This document shows positions 26,953 to 40,469 of a stretch of 64,000 nt of DNA, piece by piece. A program made the translations under genes and the position numbers. Position 1 is the first letter of the stretch. Each line of letters opens with the position of its first letter. Where the stretch lies: NCBI RefSeq assembly GCF_009914755.1, contig NC_060934.1, one strand, 5' to 3'. Origin of the DNA: the human T2T-CHM13v2.0 reference genome, Homo sapiens. The notes beneath the pieces were generated by a model, which was not told the origin of the DNA, made no database searches, and saw only the letters and a list, made by a program, of their open reading frames with translations.

Positions 26953-28249
26953 TATTTATTTTATTTATTTTCTCAGAGCACAGAGTATTATCTTTATTTT
27001 CCTTATTACTATTATCCTTTCTTATTTTATTGTTATTATCTTCAGTTATATTTCATGAGCAAAGTAGTATTATCTTTATTTATTTTCTTAGAGCACAAAG
27101 TATTGTTATACGATATTAAACCAAATTGTAAAATAGTTGTTTCTTATTATTGATATTAATACGTATAAAGTTCAGGGGTTAATGAGTCTCAGTTGAAGTA
27201 AAGAGTGTCTTTTATCAAACTTAATAGTTTTGTTGTTGTTGTTCTAAAGAAAATAATTCAAATTTACTTATAATAAAATAATGAGTATGCCACAGACACA
27301 AGGTACATGTTAAAGGCCTCTTCTTTATAATGAAATAACATCACCTTCATCTTATCATTTTAGAACATCATCAGACATCTCCACTTCACTAAAGTCTAGG
27401 GAACAGGAAAGGAAGAAGTTGAATTCTCCTCATTTATCTGAATCAAAAGACATCAATAAAATCTATGGAGCATGCCTCCTAGATTGACAAAGACATGGTC
27501 TTTCACTAAAACCAAAGTGAAAGAACTAAAGAATTTGAAATATGTCTGCTACTTTGCAGGTTGCAGGATGTGAGAAATGTCTGTATAAAATAGAAAATAT
27601 CCATCATGGATTCAGCTGTGGAGATTTTCCTTATGATTATAATTCCATGGATAACTCACAAAGTTAATTTCTTACTACAACCCAGTATTTCAGGGTGTTT
27701 TTGTTGTTATTTTTTGTTTTTGTTTTGTAGACCAAACTGCATCTGCTCTAACATCCTCATAGATTGTATGTACAAGTAAACATGTCTCAGGTAGAATAAC
27801 ACATCAGCTTCAGAAGACTACCCACAAGGGCACCTTTCCCATTGTCACATGGGGACCATGAACACCTCTCTACACATCATGGGCTTTGGGTTTTTAGGTA
27901 CATTAAGCACTCAATTTACACAACCCTTCTTTGGGTTTCTTGAACAATAAATCTGAATAATGATTTCTTCTTAGATTTCTTACAAATTTTAATAAATTAT
28001 GTTTTTTCATCACGAAATGAAAGAAGCTAATCAGATTAATAAGACTTTTCTGATACAGATATTTTCTTCTACTCTTTCTGAATTCTCCAGAATGACTGAT
28101 AAGGTATTCTGCATGTTATATAAACTTAAAAAAAATACTGATATAAACAAACAAATGGACTAGTATTGGTGGCATTAGAATAAACTCATTGTTTTGAAAA
28201 TATATACATAGAAATATAGATGTATGTATATGTATGTGTGTATAATATC

Positions 28250-28820
28250 ACTAATATTGGGACAACCAACATCATGCTCACACTGAGGACACAATATCGC
28301 TTTGTGCTATTGTTATCAAAAATGCATAGTCTGAATTTAATCATGAAAACATCAGACAAACTAAAAACACAAACATAAGACAAACTGAGAAAATCTTCCA
28401 CATTAAATGAAACTAAGGGAAAAAATTCAGTACAATGCATGACCCTGGAATGGATCCTGGACTGTGAAAAATAAATAGACATAATCTGGGGACAACTGAC
28501 AAAATTTGAATATGTGTGGACTCTAAACTAGATAATATTATATCAATGTTAAATTTCCTGATTTTGATAACTGTATTGAGATTATTCAACACAGTGTCCT
28601 TGTTCTTAGAAAATATACAATAACGTATGTAAGGGTAAAGGGGCAGGGTGTCTCCAACTTACTCTCAAAAAGTCCAGAAGGAAGAGAGAGAGAATGAGAA
28701 AGGAAATGATATACATTGTAAACAATTAATGAATCTGAGTAAAATGTGTATGGGTAAACAAGAGCTTCTTGTACTATTTCTCCAACTTTTTTGTAATTTT
28801 AAGTTAAACTGAAATGAAGT
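28250..28820 (+). mobile_element. Old L1MC/ME-type 3'UTR fragment
   Basis: CTGAATTTAATCATG..ATCAGACAAAC..TGGATCCTGGAC..TCAATGTTAAATTTCCTGATTTTGATAACTG. Confidence 0.7.
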
Positions 28821-28826
28821 TACCCC

Positions 28827-29194
28827 AGATATAGCTTAGATTTGTCTCCCCACTCAAATCTCATGTCAAATTAGAGGAGGGGCCTGGTGGGAGGTGATTG
28901 GATCATGGGGGTGGATTTCCCCCTTGCTGTTCTCATGATAGTGAGTGAGTTCTCACTAGAACTGATGGCTAAACATGTGGGCACATTCTCATGCACTCTC
29001 TCTTTCTCCTGCTCCACCATGGTAAGATGTGCTTGCTTCCTCTTCACCTTTTGCCATTACTGTACGTTTCCTGAGGCCTCCCAGCCATGCTTCCTGTACA
29101 GCCTGTGGAACTGTGAGTCCATTCAACCTCTTTTCTTCATAAGTTACCCAGTCTCAGGTAGTTCTTTCTAGGAGTGTGAGAACAAACTAATACA
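28827..29194 (+). mobile_element. MSTA-like solo LTR
   Basis: CAAATCTCATGTC..GGCCTGGTGGGAGGTGATTGGATCATGGG..CTTCCTGTACAGCCTG..ACTAATACA. Confidence 0.88.
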
Positions 29195-29434
29195 CTCCCC
29201 CAAAATATTAATCTGTCAAAAGGAATAGAGGAATGTTCTTTCTAAAAGGCCTAGTAATTAAACAAACAAGAAAAGGTTGATCTTTTAAATAGAGGTGATT
29301 TCCAATATACTCTTAGATTTTATGCTCTTTGGTAAATTTATTATGCAAAGTGATATGAAAGCCTAGATTTATTTGAATATATTAAGGAATTTTCTTTAAA
29401 TAAGCCACCCAAACAATTAGGCTTTGCATATATT

Positions 29435-29820
29435 TGTGGTAGACATCCGTTGTTTTACCTGCTAGCATCTCTTAGTCCTTCTTCAGGAAACAGCACCTCT
29501 CTCCTCCCTCCCCAACCCCCAGTTAGCACTCTGCCCTTTCATCACTTCATATGACTATAAATGCTGTCAATATTTTCACTTTATCTTTCTCTCCTAGGAG
29601 TAGCACACAACCTCAATTGACCAACCAGAACATCTTGTCCCAAGATTTTACATGACCCAGGCAGAGCCAATAAGAATGTTTAGAGATATTGACATAGAAG
29701 AAAGAGGGTAATTATCAGCTAATAAAAAGAACCATGGAAGCCTAAGGTTTCAAGGAACTCGCTTTGCTACCTCATAGAGAAGTCAGCCTGAGAACAGAGC
29801 CAACTCAGAGGAAAACAACA
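29435..29820 (+). mobile_element. Ancient MLT1 (MLT1K/L-like) LTR
   Basis: TGTGGTAGAC start, CATGACCCAGGC..GCCAAT and GCCTGAGAA..AGCCAAC motifs. Confidence 0.5.
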
Positions 29821-31004
29821 GCTACTTTGGGTTGTTTTCCGAAGACAAAGATTTATCTAATTCAAAAAGATAGACACTAAACACTTTTCAGTTTTAAATC
29901 AAATTCAAAATGAGAACTAGAATATTCATTTTATTTTCTTATTGCAACCTTCTCCCCACCAAACATACCACAAAAAGAAATGAATCAACAACACAATAGT
30001 AATACATGAGACAAAGTTAACATTATTGATGATTGATAATGGAGTGTATTATTCTCTCAGATTCATAGAACAGGGCCCCACCTATACAGGCAGTGCCAAG
30101 AAAAGGACTTGGCACATAGTGTGCTCAATCAATGTTTGCTGAATAAATGAAGGTCGGGGACTCTTCAATCTTTACAAGTTACTATTGTTATCAAAAACGA
30201 AAGTGCCTCAAAATAATAACTGATAGAGAATGAGCATATCATCTTCCCTTAGAAATATATTCTAAATTTCAAACATAGCTCTTTCTGGATCTTCTTATTA
30301 TGAAAGCATAAATGCTGTTCTAGTCAGGAAAAAGAATCAATAAATACTCAAAAAATTACCAGGACCTACAAAATGTGGGTCAAATGTCAATTAACACAGT
30401 CAGCCCTAATGAGCTGTTCTGTTACCATCTCTCACCTTCACCCATTATCTGTAGGTGTGCGACTGATGAGGATGTTTAAATGAACAGATAAAGGGGTCCC
30501 TGCTTCTATACATTTCATATTACTGTTGACATTTATCACCAAGCTTTCAACCCCAACTGTCTTTGACAATAGATTTTAAAAGATAATAAAATTCTTCAAC
30601 AGGCTTTCAATTCAATCCTCTTGTCATTGTAACAAAACAGCACTAAAAATGAAACGAAAGCCAGATATGACAGAAACTGCTGAGGAGCTAAGGATGTATG
30701 ATCATTCTTTTTAATGTTGATATTTACATATGAGTTTTTGCTTTTCCTACCAAACCATAAATAAAAATTTCAATAGAAAATAAATAAGTTAATTCATTCT
30801 TCTTATCAATATGGTTTCTATAGCATTTCATTTATTAATACCTTTAAAGATAACTGAAGGATTCTGATTATATAACATTTGCTAAGGCTTCAAGGTACCC
30901 TAGATAAATTTTCCAAAAACTTTCTTTTTTATATTTTGAGGCAAACAATTTCTAACTACTATTTCTTTCCAAAACAGAAAAAATAGAATCATCATTATAC
31001 TCAA

Positions 31005-31190
31005 TAATTTTCTTCCTAGCACTTAACTCTCTAAACAATTATTTCTATATTTATTTGTCTAATTATGCTCATCGACTAAATTGTAAGTTCCATGAACAGA
31101 GATTGTGTTTGATGATGTTGTCAATCTTTGTTACCCAAGCATCAAACCTGGTCCATAGTTGGTGCTCAATCAATGTTTGTTAAATGAATA
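31005..31190 (+). mobile_element. L2 3' end fragment
   Basis: TGTAAGTTCCATGA...GGTGCTCAATCAATGTTTGTTAAATGAATA. Confidence 0.6.
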
Positions 31191-31513
31191 CATAGGTCTG
31201 CTAACTTTCTCACTTCTTTTGAAAATACTCAAAAAACATTTAATTTAATCCAAATTCATTCAGTCCCTAATACTATTTTTAAAAAGCGTGTATTAGAAAT
31301 GTTTTCGGAATTAACTGGGGGCTTAGACATCAGTGTGTCACTCAAAGCACTTAGTATAATGCTTCAAAAGTACTCCCTAAATGTTAAATTGAAATAAATT
31401 ACATGTAATAAAAGTTACTTTGCTTCTACCTGTGAAATATAAGAAAAATTTAACAACATAGCAAAACTAAAAGATGTCTTAATTAACTTATTTTTGCTCA
31501 TTTTGTGGTGTCT

Positions 31514-31750
31514 TTCATTCATTCAATATTTATTGAAGGCTTATACTCAGCCATGTAGGTGCTAGACATACCCAAATGGATGAGATATAGTTTAGTGAAG
31601 GAGACAGGTGAACAAACAACAATGGTATAATATGAAACCTCTGTAATAGAAGTATACACAAAAGAGCTGCTGGAGCACAATGCAGCAGAGAGGCACTCTC
31701 AATGACAGGAAGGAAGAAAGTTTCAAAAAGAGATGGGTGATCAGGCAGAA
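31514..31750 (-). mobile_element. L2 fragment, probably continuing at ~32330-32700
   Basis: TTCATTCATTCAATATTTATTGA..GGTGCTAG, the antisense L2 tail. Confidence 0.55.
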
Positions 31751-31909
31751 AATAGGAAATTATTAATTCCATACAAAGAATATAGTACATTCTTGGTTCT
31801 GCAGAACTGGAATGCTTTTTCTCTTCATCTGTTTTTTGAAGAGGAAAAAAAAACCGTGCAGAAGCAGGGTATAGCCACTAGGAATTTACTTTTCCTTTAT
31901 TTGCTATCA

Positions 31910-32326
31910 AATATGGTGGCAAGCAATATCCATATATTAGCTGCTTTGCCTCAGCCCGCCATCTGAAGGTAGGGTTCTTCAAGTGCCCAAATGGTGCAAA
32001 ATCTCGAAGCTGATATCACTCACTCCATAATGAGATGAATCACAGAGGGGTCTTTTGCTACTCACAGCTGGGCCACTGTGGCCATGCATCACCACTCATA
32101 GAGAAGGGGGATGGAGAGAGGTGTTATGACCGTTTTTGTTGCTTTTTGTGGAGTGAAAATTATCAGCCTATGGTGTTTTCCAACCACAACATTCTTACCT
32201 CATATACTCCTCCATGCTGCAGAGAGACATCCTGTTTCTGGGAAGGGCCTTGAAGACTAGAGACCTTGGCTTATTTGAGAACTAGGGTCACCCTCTGTTT
32301 ATTGCATAGCCCTATGGGGTGTCACA
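31910..32326 (-). mobile_element. Probable old ERVL-type solo LTR, family not identified
   Basis: More GC-rich block that interrupts the L2. It begins TGTGAC on the minus strand and has an internal GTGAGTAG motif. Confidence 0.3.
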
Positions 32327-32796
32327 GGTCCTAAGGAAGAGACTTTCCTTAAAGGTCATAAAGCATAAAACACACACGAGTGTTCCAGCGCATGAAATGT
32401 TCAGAGATCAGCAAGAATTCCCAAATGGGTAGAAAAAACATAGAACAAATGAGTAGAAGAAGCAGAAAATGACCTTGAACTAACATATGAAGAGATTTAT
32501 ATTCTAGGATAATGAAATTATTATGACTTTATCCTCCTAGCAATGTGGAACCAACAACACTTTTGAAGCAAAGAAATGGAGCAAACAAATATGTCTGGCT
32601 GATAACTATGGTGGTAGCAAGAAAGATGGATTGAAAGAGAACCTAAAAGCAAAGGGGAAAACTATTTCTGATTTCCAAGTGCAACTTATTAACAGTTCCT
32701 CATGAACTGTAGATAGGAAATACACAAAATTAAAGCAAATGATGCTGTTTGTAATAATAGTAAGTTGTAATAGAAGAAAGAGTAGAAAGTTGGTAA

Positions 32797-33131
32797 AGGA
32801 TGAGTTCATGTCCTTTGCAGGGACATGGATGAAGCTGGAAATCATCATTCTGAGCAAACTATCACAAGGACAGAAAACCAAACACCGCATGTTCTCACTC
32901 ACAGATGGGAATTGAACAATGAGAACACTTGGACACAGAGCAGGGAATATCACACACCGGGGCCTGTCGGGAGGTGGGAGCCTGGGGGAGGGATAGCATT
33001 AGGAGAAATACCTAATGTAAATGACGAGTTGATGGGTGCAGCAAACCAACATGGCACATGTATACCTATGTAACAAACCTGCATGTTGTGCACATGTACC
33101 CTAGAACTTAAAGTATAATTAAAAAAAAAAA
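32797..33131 (+). mobile_element. 5'-truncated L1PA5-like 3' end
   Basis: GGATGAGTTCATGTCCTTTGCAGGG..GGAGAAATACCTAATGTAAATGACGAG, A-tail, TSD AGAAAGTTG(G/T)TAA. Confidence 0.93.
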
Positions 33132-34901
33132 AGAAAGTTGTTAAGTAGTAGCAACTTGCAAGGAAATCTTGAAATAAAGATGCAATTTAAATAGCTAACT
33201 ACTTAGTGCATTTATGATACATGCTGAAAATTTTCAATGTACAGGAAGAAACAGTATTTTTTCCAGATTCAGTCATCAAGAGACAGTTAACTTAATTTTG
33301 AAGATGAGTTTTCATTTCTTATTATTTAACTTAGTGCGTGGTAATTAATTTTTAATTTATAAATGAACAGAAACCAGATGGTTTCACTTGATGGCTTTAA
33401 CAAAATTACTGTATGTCATTAATGATTCTATCTGATTCTTTATGGGTACCAGGCATCTTTTGGGGGATGTTTAAAAGATCTACCAATTTTGCTTCTATAA
33501 AAGGCTAAATAAAGGAGGGGTGACTGGGCACACAGTATGGCTAGTTTCTCCAACAGTCCTCACTCCCAAGAGTGAGGAGATCTGCTTCATATACAACTGT
33601 CCTAGAAAATCCACTCTGAGTCAAAGCCCCAAATAAGTTCCTATATTCCTGGAGAATCTTCCTGGAGGGAGATATGCCAGGGGAAGGGAGTACTAAAAAG
33701 TGTAATGTTGTGATTAGATATGTCATATTGTTTGATATCATTAAATAGCAATTAGATATTCTTGCCTTAAACAAAATTATGTCATGTTTTGGCCCCTTCT
33801 CTTTGTAAAAATTCAAAAAACTCATATTACTGCCGAGAAAGCTCACTGCCTTCTCGAGATTATTTTTCCTCTCAACTTAAACTGTGGATGTAGATACTTT
33901 TCTCATACGTATTATGTGTATATGAATATATATAATTCTTATATAAAGTAAACTAAGATCCAAAATATTTAACTCTGTTAAGTGCAAAGTCTCATTTTTA
34001 TAAATCAATAAAATGACCAGGGCAAAAAACTAGACAGTGAGCTGGGGGTCTGAGGATTCAGATCCATTCCCAGCTGAGCTTTGACACCACCTGTTGAAGG
34101 CTGTCCTCACCAGAGTTCAGTATGCATGGGGATGATTCTGGGCCCAGAAGATGGGTGGACTTGCAGAAAATAATGATGCTTACAGAAGACCTCCCAGTTG
34201 GTTAGCTCTAGTTCTGTTAGTTCAATAGAGGGAGACAGCTTAGTGAACAGTGAGGTCTCAAGGTCCACCTTTCATCTCCCTGCTTCTAGAGAAAAAATTT
34301 TCCCATGAAAAGTCTTCTTCCCCCTCAGGTCTCCCATAGAAATTCAGTCCACTCTTTTGAGAACAAGGGTTAAGAGGAAAATAGGACCCAATTTTAAATT
34401 ATATTATATCCAAGTAAGAATTCAAAACAATTAACATAAACATTCATGAACAGCCTTCATATGGATATAAGATATTGAATATCCCTTGACTTGACAGTAC
34501 ATATGTAGTAGTTCAGAAATAGCAATTGGCATCCTAGGTAAGTATGATGAATTAAATGCTCTTATCAAATTCCATAGTTTACCTTTATAATTTTGGAGTA
34601 ATTTTAGTATTTACAACATTTTTCTACTATAATAATATACAATAAAAGGAAATTATTTATATATCATTAATGAGTTGAAGACACGTAAATGAACAAATCA
34701 TTTTAAAATGGGCCTTAGTAATAGAATTAGAGAGATGTAAATTAATTAAGAAAATACTTTAATAGGTTTTTCCAGGAACACAACTAGAATAATTGTAGTT
34801 GTAAAGGGAAATATTAGCATTATAACATAGCTTAATAAATGGACAAATACCTGGGGAGATGAGTTAATTACTAAAGTAGTTTCATTCCAAACATAAGTGA
34901 C

Positions 34902-35330
34902 TGTGATGGTTAACACTGAGTGTCAACTTCATTGGATTGAGGGATACAGATTATTAATCCTGGATTTGTCTGTGTGGGTGTTGCCTAAAGAGATTAACAT
35001 TTGAGTCACTGGGCTGGGGAAGGCAGATCCACCTTTAATCTGGTGGGCACAATCTAATCAGCTTCCAATGAATATAAAGCAGGCAGAAAAATGTGAAAAG
35101 GGGAGAGATGGGGCTAGCCTACCAGCCTACATATTTCTCCCTTGCTGGATGCTTCCTGCCCTTGAACATCGGACTCCAAGTTCTTCAGTATTAGAACTCA
35201 GACTGGCTCTCCTTGCTCCTCAGCTTGCAGACAGGACCTTGTGATCATGTAAGTTAATACTTAATAAATGCCCATTTATATATATCCTATTAGTTCTGTC
35301 CCTCTAAGAGAACCCTAATACACTAATACA
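34902..35330 (+). mobile_element. MLT2A (MLT2A2-like) HERVL solo LTR
   Basis: Runs from TGTGATGGTTAACACTGAGTGTCAAC to CTAATACA. Perfect 5-bp TSD GTGAC (34897-901, 35331-35). Confidence 0.93.
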
Positions 35331-36582
35331 GTGACACTTTCTTTACTCCTGCAAACCTCAAATAATATACTTCTTCCAGAACTTGATTATGATGTTTGTT
35401 TTTATCCTTACTTGGATATGGCAATCACACATTAACTCTACGAATTAGTTTTTGATTTGTGTTTGTCTAGTATTAAGTTACTTACTAGAACTTTGGCCCC
35501 TCCTTACAAATAAAAGCCCTAAAATTATCAAAATCAACCCTTCAAACTTTTCTCAAATGCTTTCATTAAAATAGATTAAGAATAAAATGATTTAGTTTGC
35601 ATCCATATTTCTCCCATATTCTTATATATTTTACATCTTTTTTATAAAAGGCAAAGAGCCTGAATAGAAATAACAAATTACAATTTGACTATAATAGTGG
35701 TGGTGCAATGCTATCAATGAATAAGTGTATAAAGACCCAGAGTTCTGTTTTCTTAATAATTTTGAGGACAATTAGAAGAGATTAATGATTCCCCAAAGCA
35801 AGAAATACAGGCATTTATTTGTGTTGTATATAGTTAGCTAAATAGAACTCATTATTAGCTAGTAGAACTCAGCAACATTCCAAAATAGTCTGATCATTAT
35901 TTATTTCCATTTGTATTTGCTAGAAACAGAGAAACAAAAGGCAACATCAAGAAAAAGTATAAAAACATCCAAATCCCTTATTTCTGCCTGATCAATTGTG
36001 TAGGTTTTTTTCTACATGTCGAGGCCTTTTTGATAAAGCAAATTGTCTATCAGAGCCCAATCCAGCATCTCTCCACTCCAAACTGGTAAGGCAATTATCT
36101 AGAAGACTATTCTCCTGAGAAAACCAATTATAAATGTTCTCTCAAAGTAAGTAAGCATACCAATTTGGATGCACATGTTTTTTTGGTTAGCACTTAAAAG
36201 AGAAACAAAAAAAGTGTGCTGAGAAAAAAAGATCTCTGTCTCTCTCACTCGATACAAACCAAAGAATCATCAATTGAGGGAATTACCAAGAATTAACTGA
36301 TAAAGGAAAAAGACTTCCATTGATAGTTCTCCATAAAATTTATTTTTGGTGAGAAGAGTATATTACTTTCTCTTGGTTTGCTCTGCCAAATCTCTTGTCC
36401 AAATCCTTTATATTTCATTTTCAAGCAATGCTACTTGGCTCCCAACTCTATAGTCCTCCTACTCTTAAACATTCCAAATATGACCAAAAATACAATGTTC
36501 TTTATCTGTTGCTTTAGCCACGGAAGTAAACAATTCACAATTACCCAATTCAGCTCAAGGAGCGCAGTTGGTTCCTAGAAAA

Positions 36583-36745
36583 GTGCTAGATTAGAAATCT
36601 AAAGACCTGGACTGTAGTCTTGGATATAAATTTACCAGCTGTGTAATCAAGGCAGTATCACTTCAACTCCCCTAGTGTCCATTTTCACATATGTTAATGG
36701 TGGAGGTTGAATTGGACTAGATGTCCTCTAAAATCTCTTCCCATT
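36583..36745 (+). mobile_element. MIR/MIR3 fragment
   Basis: AAGACCTGG..CCAGCTGTGT..TCACTTCAACT..TTGGACTAGATG..CTCTAA. Confidence 0.6.
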
Positions 36746-37132
36746 AAAAGAAGTATGGGATCTTATTATTGTGATTAGGAACTTCTACTCCAAAGGGCAA
36801 TTTTATATTTAATAGTAGAAGGAAATGATATATTTAATAGTACCCAGAATTTTTTTTTACTTTCCTAATACAAGGGAGATGGAAGGAGATAATAGGAAAA
36901 TGGTTATGATCCCCTCCTTCATGTATACTCAGGTCCAGGTCATTCATTTACTCAAAAATAGTTATTAAAACTTGGTATGTGCTAGACATATCAAGCATTA
37001 GACAACAGTAAACAGGTGTGAAACATCCTTTAATGCAGCTTAGGGTCTAATGAAAGATTAAAATACTGTATATGCAATTATGGGCTGGAAAAAATGGTCC
37101 TCTTTTAATGAATGAGCATGACTCAAACATAA

Positions 37133-37134
<2 letters not shown>

Positions 37135-37166
<32 letters not shown>
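37135..37166 (+). repeat. (AC)16 microsatellite
   Basis: Visible directly. Confidence 0.95.
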
Positions 37167-37169
<3 letters not shown>

Positions 37170-37679
37170 CACACATTTCGCCTAAAAAGAAAACTGTTCT
37201 CCAAGTGGGCAAGAAAATCACCTTTTGTCCCCAGCCTAAAGATATTATCTTTAGCAAAGATAAATAAATTTGTCATTCTTGCTAAATTCCTCTGAGTTTG
37301 TTTATAATTGAAACTTCAGATAGCTCCTTAAGTTAACAAAATGGGTAAATGGCATTAAGCATGAATTTGACCATTAAGGGAAGGCTATTGTCCTGTTGCT
37401 CCTGCCTATCATCTTTCTCAAACTGTCATAGGTATTTTCACCTTTGGATATCAGTTGAAGTCAACCACTAATGGACTATATTAATTTTTCTTCTGATGTC
37501 AGCAACTGAAGGAACAAGTACATCCCATGCCTGAAATGGAAAAGGATGGTGGTTATCAGTGCAGCTTTATTCCCTAGGAACTCTAAACTTGTCTTGGAAA
37601 ACAATTCCCTTTGCAGTTTTCAGGGTCTTTGACCGCAGACTTAACATATCTCAGAATCAGAGTATCTGCTCATGAACTA

Positions 37680-37870
37680 CCTTTACTGGTTGTTTCAGGT
37701 ACTCTTCTAAATGCTTTAAGAATAGGGACTTATTTAGTCCTTCTAACAAACCCCATGAGATAGATACCTATGTTATCCTAATTTTACAGATGAGCAAGCA
37801 GTTCTCACAGCTTGTATGGCAGAAATAGAATTCAATCCAGGTAGTCTGGCCCCATGTAGATACTTTTAAC
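37680..37870 (-). mobile_element. MIR fragment
   Basis: AACCCCATGAGATAGATAC..ATTTTACAGATGAG..AATTCAATCCAGGTAGTCTGGC. Confidence 0.7.
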
Positions 37871-38329
37871 TATGTAGATACGGGTACAAAATGCAGCAAA
37901 TGACAAGAAGATGCAGCCTGAAGGGTACACTGAGAATATGAAATAACCCAAAATGGACTCTGGGGTAACATGTACAGCATTCTTATTATATTAAATACCC
38001 ATTAAACCAAGATGAACAAATCTCCTCTTGTTTAAGAGACACAGGGTTAGAAGTGTTAATTTTTTTAAGGAATATAAATAAGATTGAAAATGAACCCACA
38101 TGGCTTAAAATGAAATTAATCAAACAGGAGCCTTTCCAAAAATGGAAGCACTATCTCATAGGGACTTTAATCCCATAATTCAAAATGGAATATCATTCCC
38201 CAAAACATGTTTCTCCTCCAGTGTTCGTATTCCAGTTATGGCACCACTACTCTCTTAATTAGAAACCTGGGAACCATCTGAACTCCACCTTCTCCTCCAA
38301 CCCACATATTCAACCTATAATAACTTAGA

Positions 38330-38582
38330 TTCAAAAAATGAAATTAAAAATATTTTGAACTGAATAAAAATGAAACAGCATTTCAAACTTGCAGGATGCA
38401 ACTAATGCAGTGTATAAAGGAAAATTTATATCGCTAAATGCCTATATTAGAAAATTAAAATGGTCTGGAACCAATTAACTAAGCTCCCACCTTTAAAACT
38501 AGAAAAAAATCAAGTTAAAGCCAAAATAAACCAATAAGAAAGAAATAATAAAGATAAAATTAGAAATTAATAAAACAGAAAA
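38330..38582 (+). mobile_element. Old L1M ORF2 fragment
   Basis: AAAATATTTTGAACTGAAT..GGATGCAACTAATGCAGTG..AAATTTATA..AAATGCCTATATTAG. Confidence 0.7.
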
Positions 38583-38643
38583 TGTACACTTACATTAAAA
38601 ATTTCATATATGTTTCTGCTAAAAAACTTTAGTACCTATGTTT

Positions 38644-39135
38644 CTATTAGTTTCCTAAGGCTGCTTAAACAAATTGCTACAACCTTTGTAGCTTAAAACA
38701 ACGTAAATTTATTCTCTCACAGTTTTAGAGGCCATGAATCCAAAATCAAGGTGTCAACAAGGCTGCACACCCTATAGAGAGATGCTGTAAGAGAGAATCT
38801 CTTCTTTGCCTTTTCCAGCTCCTGGTGGTTCCAGGTGTTCCCTGGCCTGTGGTGCTATCACTCCGGTCTTTGCTTCTGTCTTCACATCACTTTCTCCTCT
38901 ATGTGCCTGTGCCAAAACTCTCTCTGCCTTTTTCATATAAAATACATATGATTGCATTTAGATCCCAACCAGATCATCCAGGATAACCTCATCCTCATGA
39001 GATCCTTATAATGTGATCACATCATTTACCATATAAAGTAACATTCACTCTTTTGCCATATAAGGTACTATTCACAGATTCTGAGGATTAGGACATGAAT
39101 TTATCTTTTTGGGGGTCACCATTCAGCCCATGACA
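38644..39135 (-). mobile_element. MLT1 (MLT1B/C-like) LTR
   Basis: TATTAGTTTCCTAAGGCTGC..AAATTTATTCTCTCACAGTT..ATCAAGGTGTC..GGATTAGGACATG..CATTCAGCCCATGACA. Confidence 0.85.
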
Positions 39136-39139
39136 ACGA

Positions 39140-39297
39140 TCATGAGAGATATAGTTTTTCTTTCTTGCAATGTTTCTGTCTGATTTTGGCATCAGGGTGA
39201 TGCTGACTTTATAGACTGATTTGGGGAGTTTTTTCTACAATTTTTCTAGAAAAGTATGTGTAGCACTTGTATTATTTTTTAAATATTTGATAGAATG
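39140..39297 (-). mobile_element. Old L1M ORF2 fragment, antisense
   Basis: TAGTTTTTCTTTCTTG..GTCTGATTTTGGCATCAGGGTGATGCTG. Confidence 0.6.
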
Positions 39298-39898
39298 CAT
39301 TTTTAATTTCCTTCATGAACTTTTCCTTTGCCTTCACAACTTGGCTGTTTGGCACAAGAGGCCCAGCTTTCAGCCTGTCTTAGATTTTGACATACCTTCC
39401 TCACTGAACTTAACTATTTTTAGCTTTTTACTTAAAGTGAGAGACATGCAACTCTTCCTTTCATTTGAACACTTTGAGGCAACTGTAGGGTTATTAATTG
39501 ACCTAATTTCAATGATTTTGTACTTCAGGTAATAGGGAGGCCCAAGGAGAGAGACACAGATGGGGAAAGGCTGGTTAGTAGAGCAGTCAGAACACATACA
39601 GCATTTGTTAAGTTCACCATCTCAAATGGGCTTGGTTTTTGGTCCCCAAAACAATTACAGTAGTAACATCAATGAGCACTGATCACAAATCACCATAAAA
39701 ATGTAATAATAATGAAAAATTTTGAAATATTGCAAGAATTACCAAAATGTGACACAGACAGGAAGTGACCACACGCTGTTGGGAAAATGGAGCTGATACA
39801 CTTGCTCAATACAGAGTTGCCACAAACCTTCTATCTGTAAAAAATGCAGTAACTGCAAAGTGCAATAAAGTAAAGCACAATAAAACGAGGTATGCCTG
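39298..39898 (-). mobile_element. Tigger1 5' portion including the decayed transposase N-terminus
   Basis: Terminal repeat CAGGCATACCTCGTTTTATTG on the minus strand. ORF 39370-39597 contains ASKCSNERKSCMSLTLSKKLKIVKFSEEGMSK, matching the Tigger1 transposase start. Confidence 0.92.
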
Positions 39899-40469
39899 TG
39901 TTTCTTTGTATTGCCTTTATCAAACACATTGAACATTTACAGTAAGAATTCAATGTATTGAATGTATCAAATTAATATGTATGAAAATATGTATTGGATG
40001 AATATATCATGAAAATGTATTGAATAAATAAAATGAATGAATAAATGAACAAGTGAATAAACAAGTGAAAGTTCCTGTCCGTGCCATCATCATATATTCC
40101 TTAGACACCACTTCGCACAATAGCTTTAAGTGGACAAATATGAATCAACCCTAGCCATACCACCTCTCTAAAAATGAAGTGTTCAAAAAATTATTTTCCT
40201 GAAGTTTATAATCCTACATCTACTAAGTACTAGGCAGTCAGAACTGCCTGGATTTCTTGAACTTCCCTCTCCAACACACCCTTTCTCACCTCTGAGATTT
40301 CTATCTAGCCTGGGTACAATCTCCTCAATACACTTTTATAATTTTGACATTTCAGTGACATTTTCATTTGAACCACATATTAGTCTTTCTTGTCTCCTCT
40401 ATTAATCTGAAACTCCTTCAAGACAGGCTTTTGACTATTTTTTAATATATTCCTAAAACCTAAAAGAAC

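Noticed and set aside
27700-27800. Strong + strand acceptor TTTTGTTTTGTAG at 27730
   Set aside because: Derived from a T-rich simple repeat, with only weak donors downstream and no recognisable peptide.
33557-33578. 9-bp perfect hairpin TCCTCACTC-CCAA-GAGTGAGGA
   Set aside because: A stem this short is expected by chance in 64 kb.
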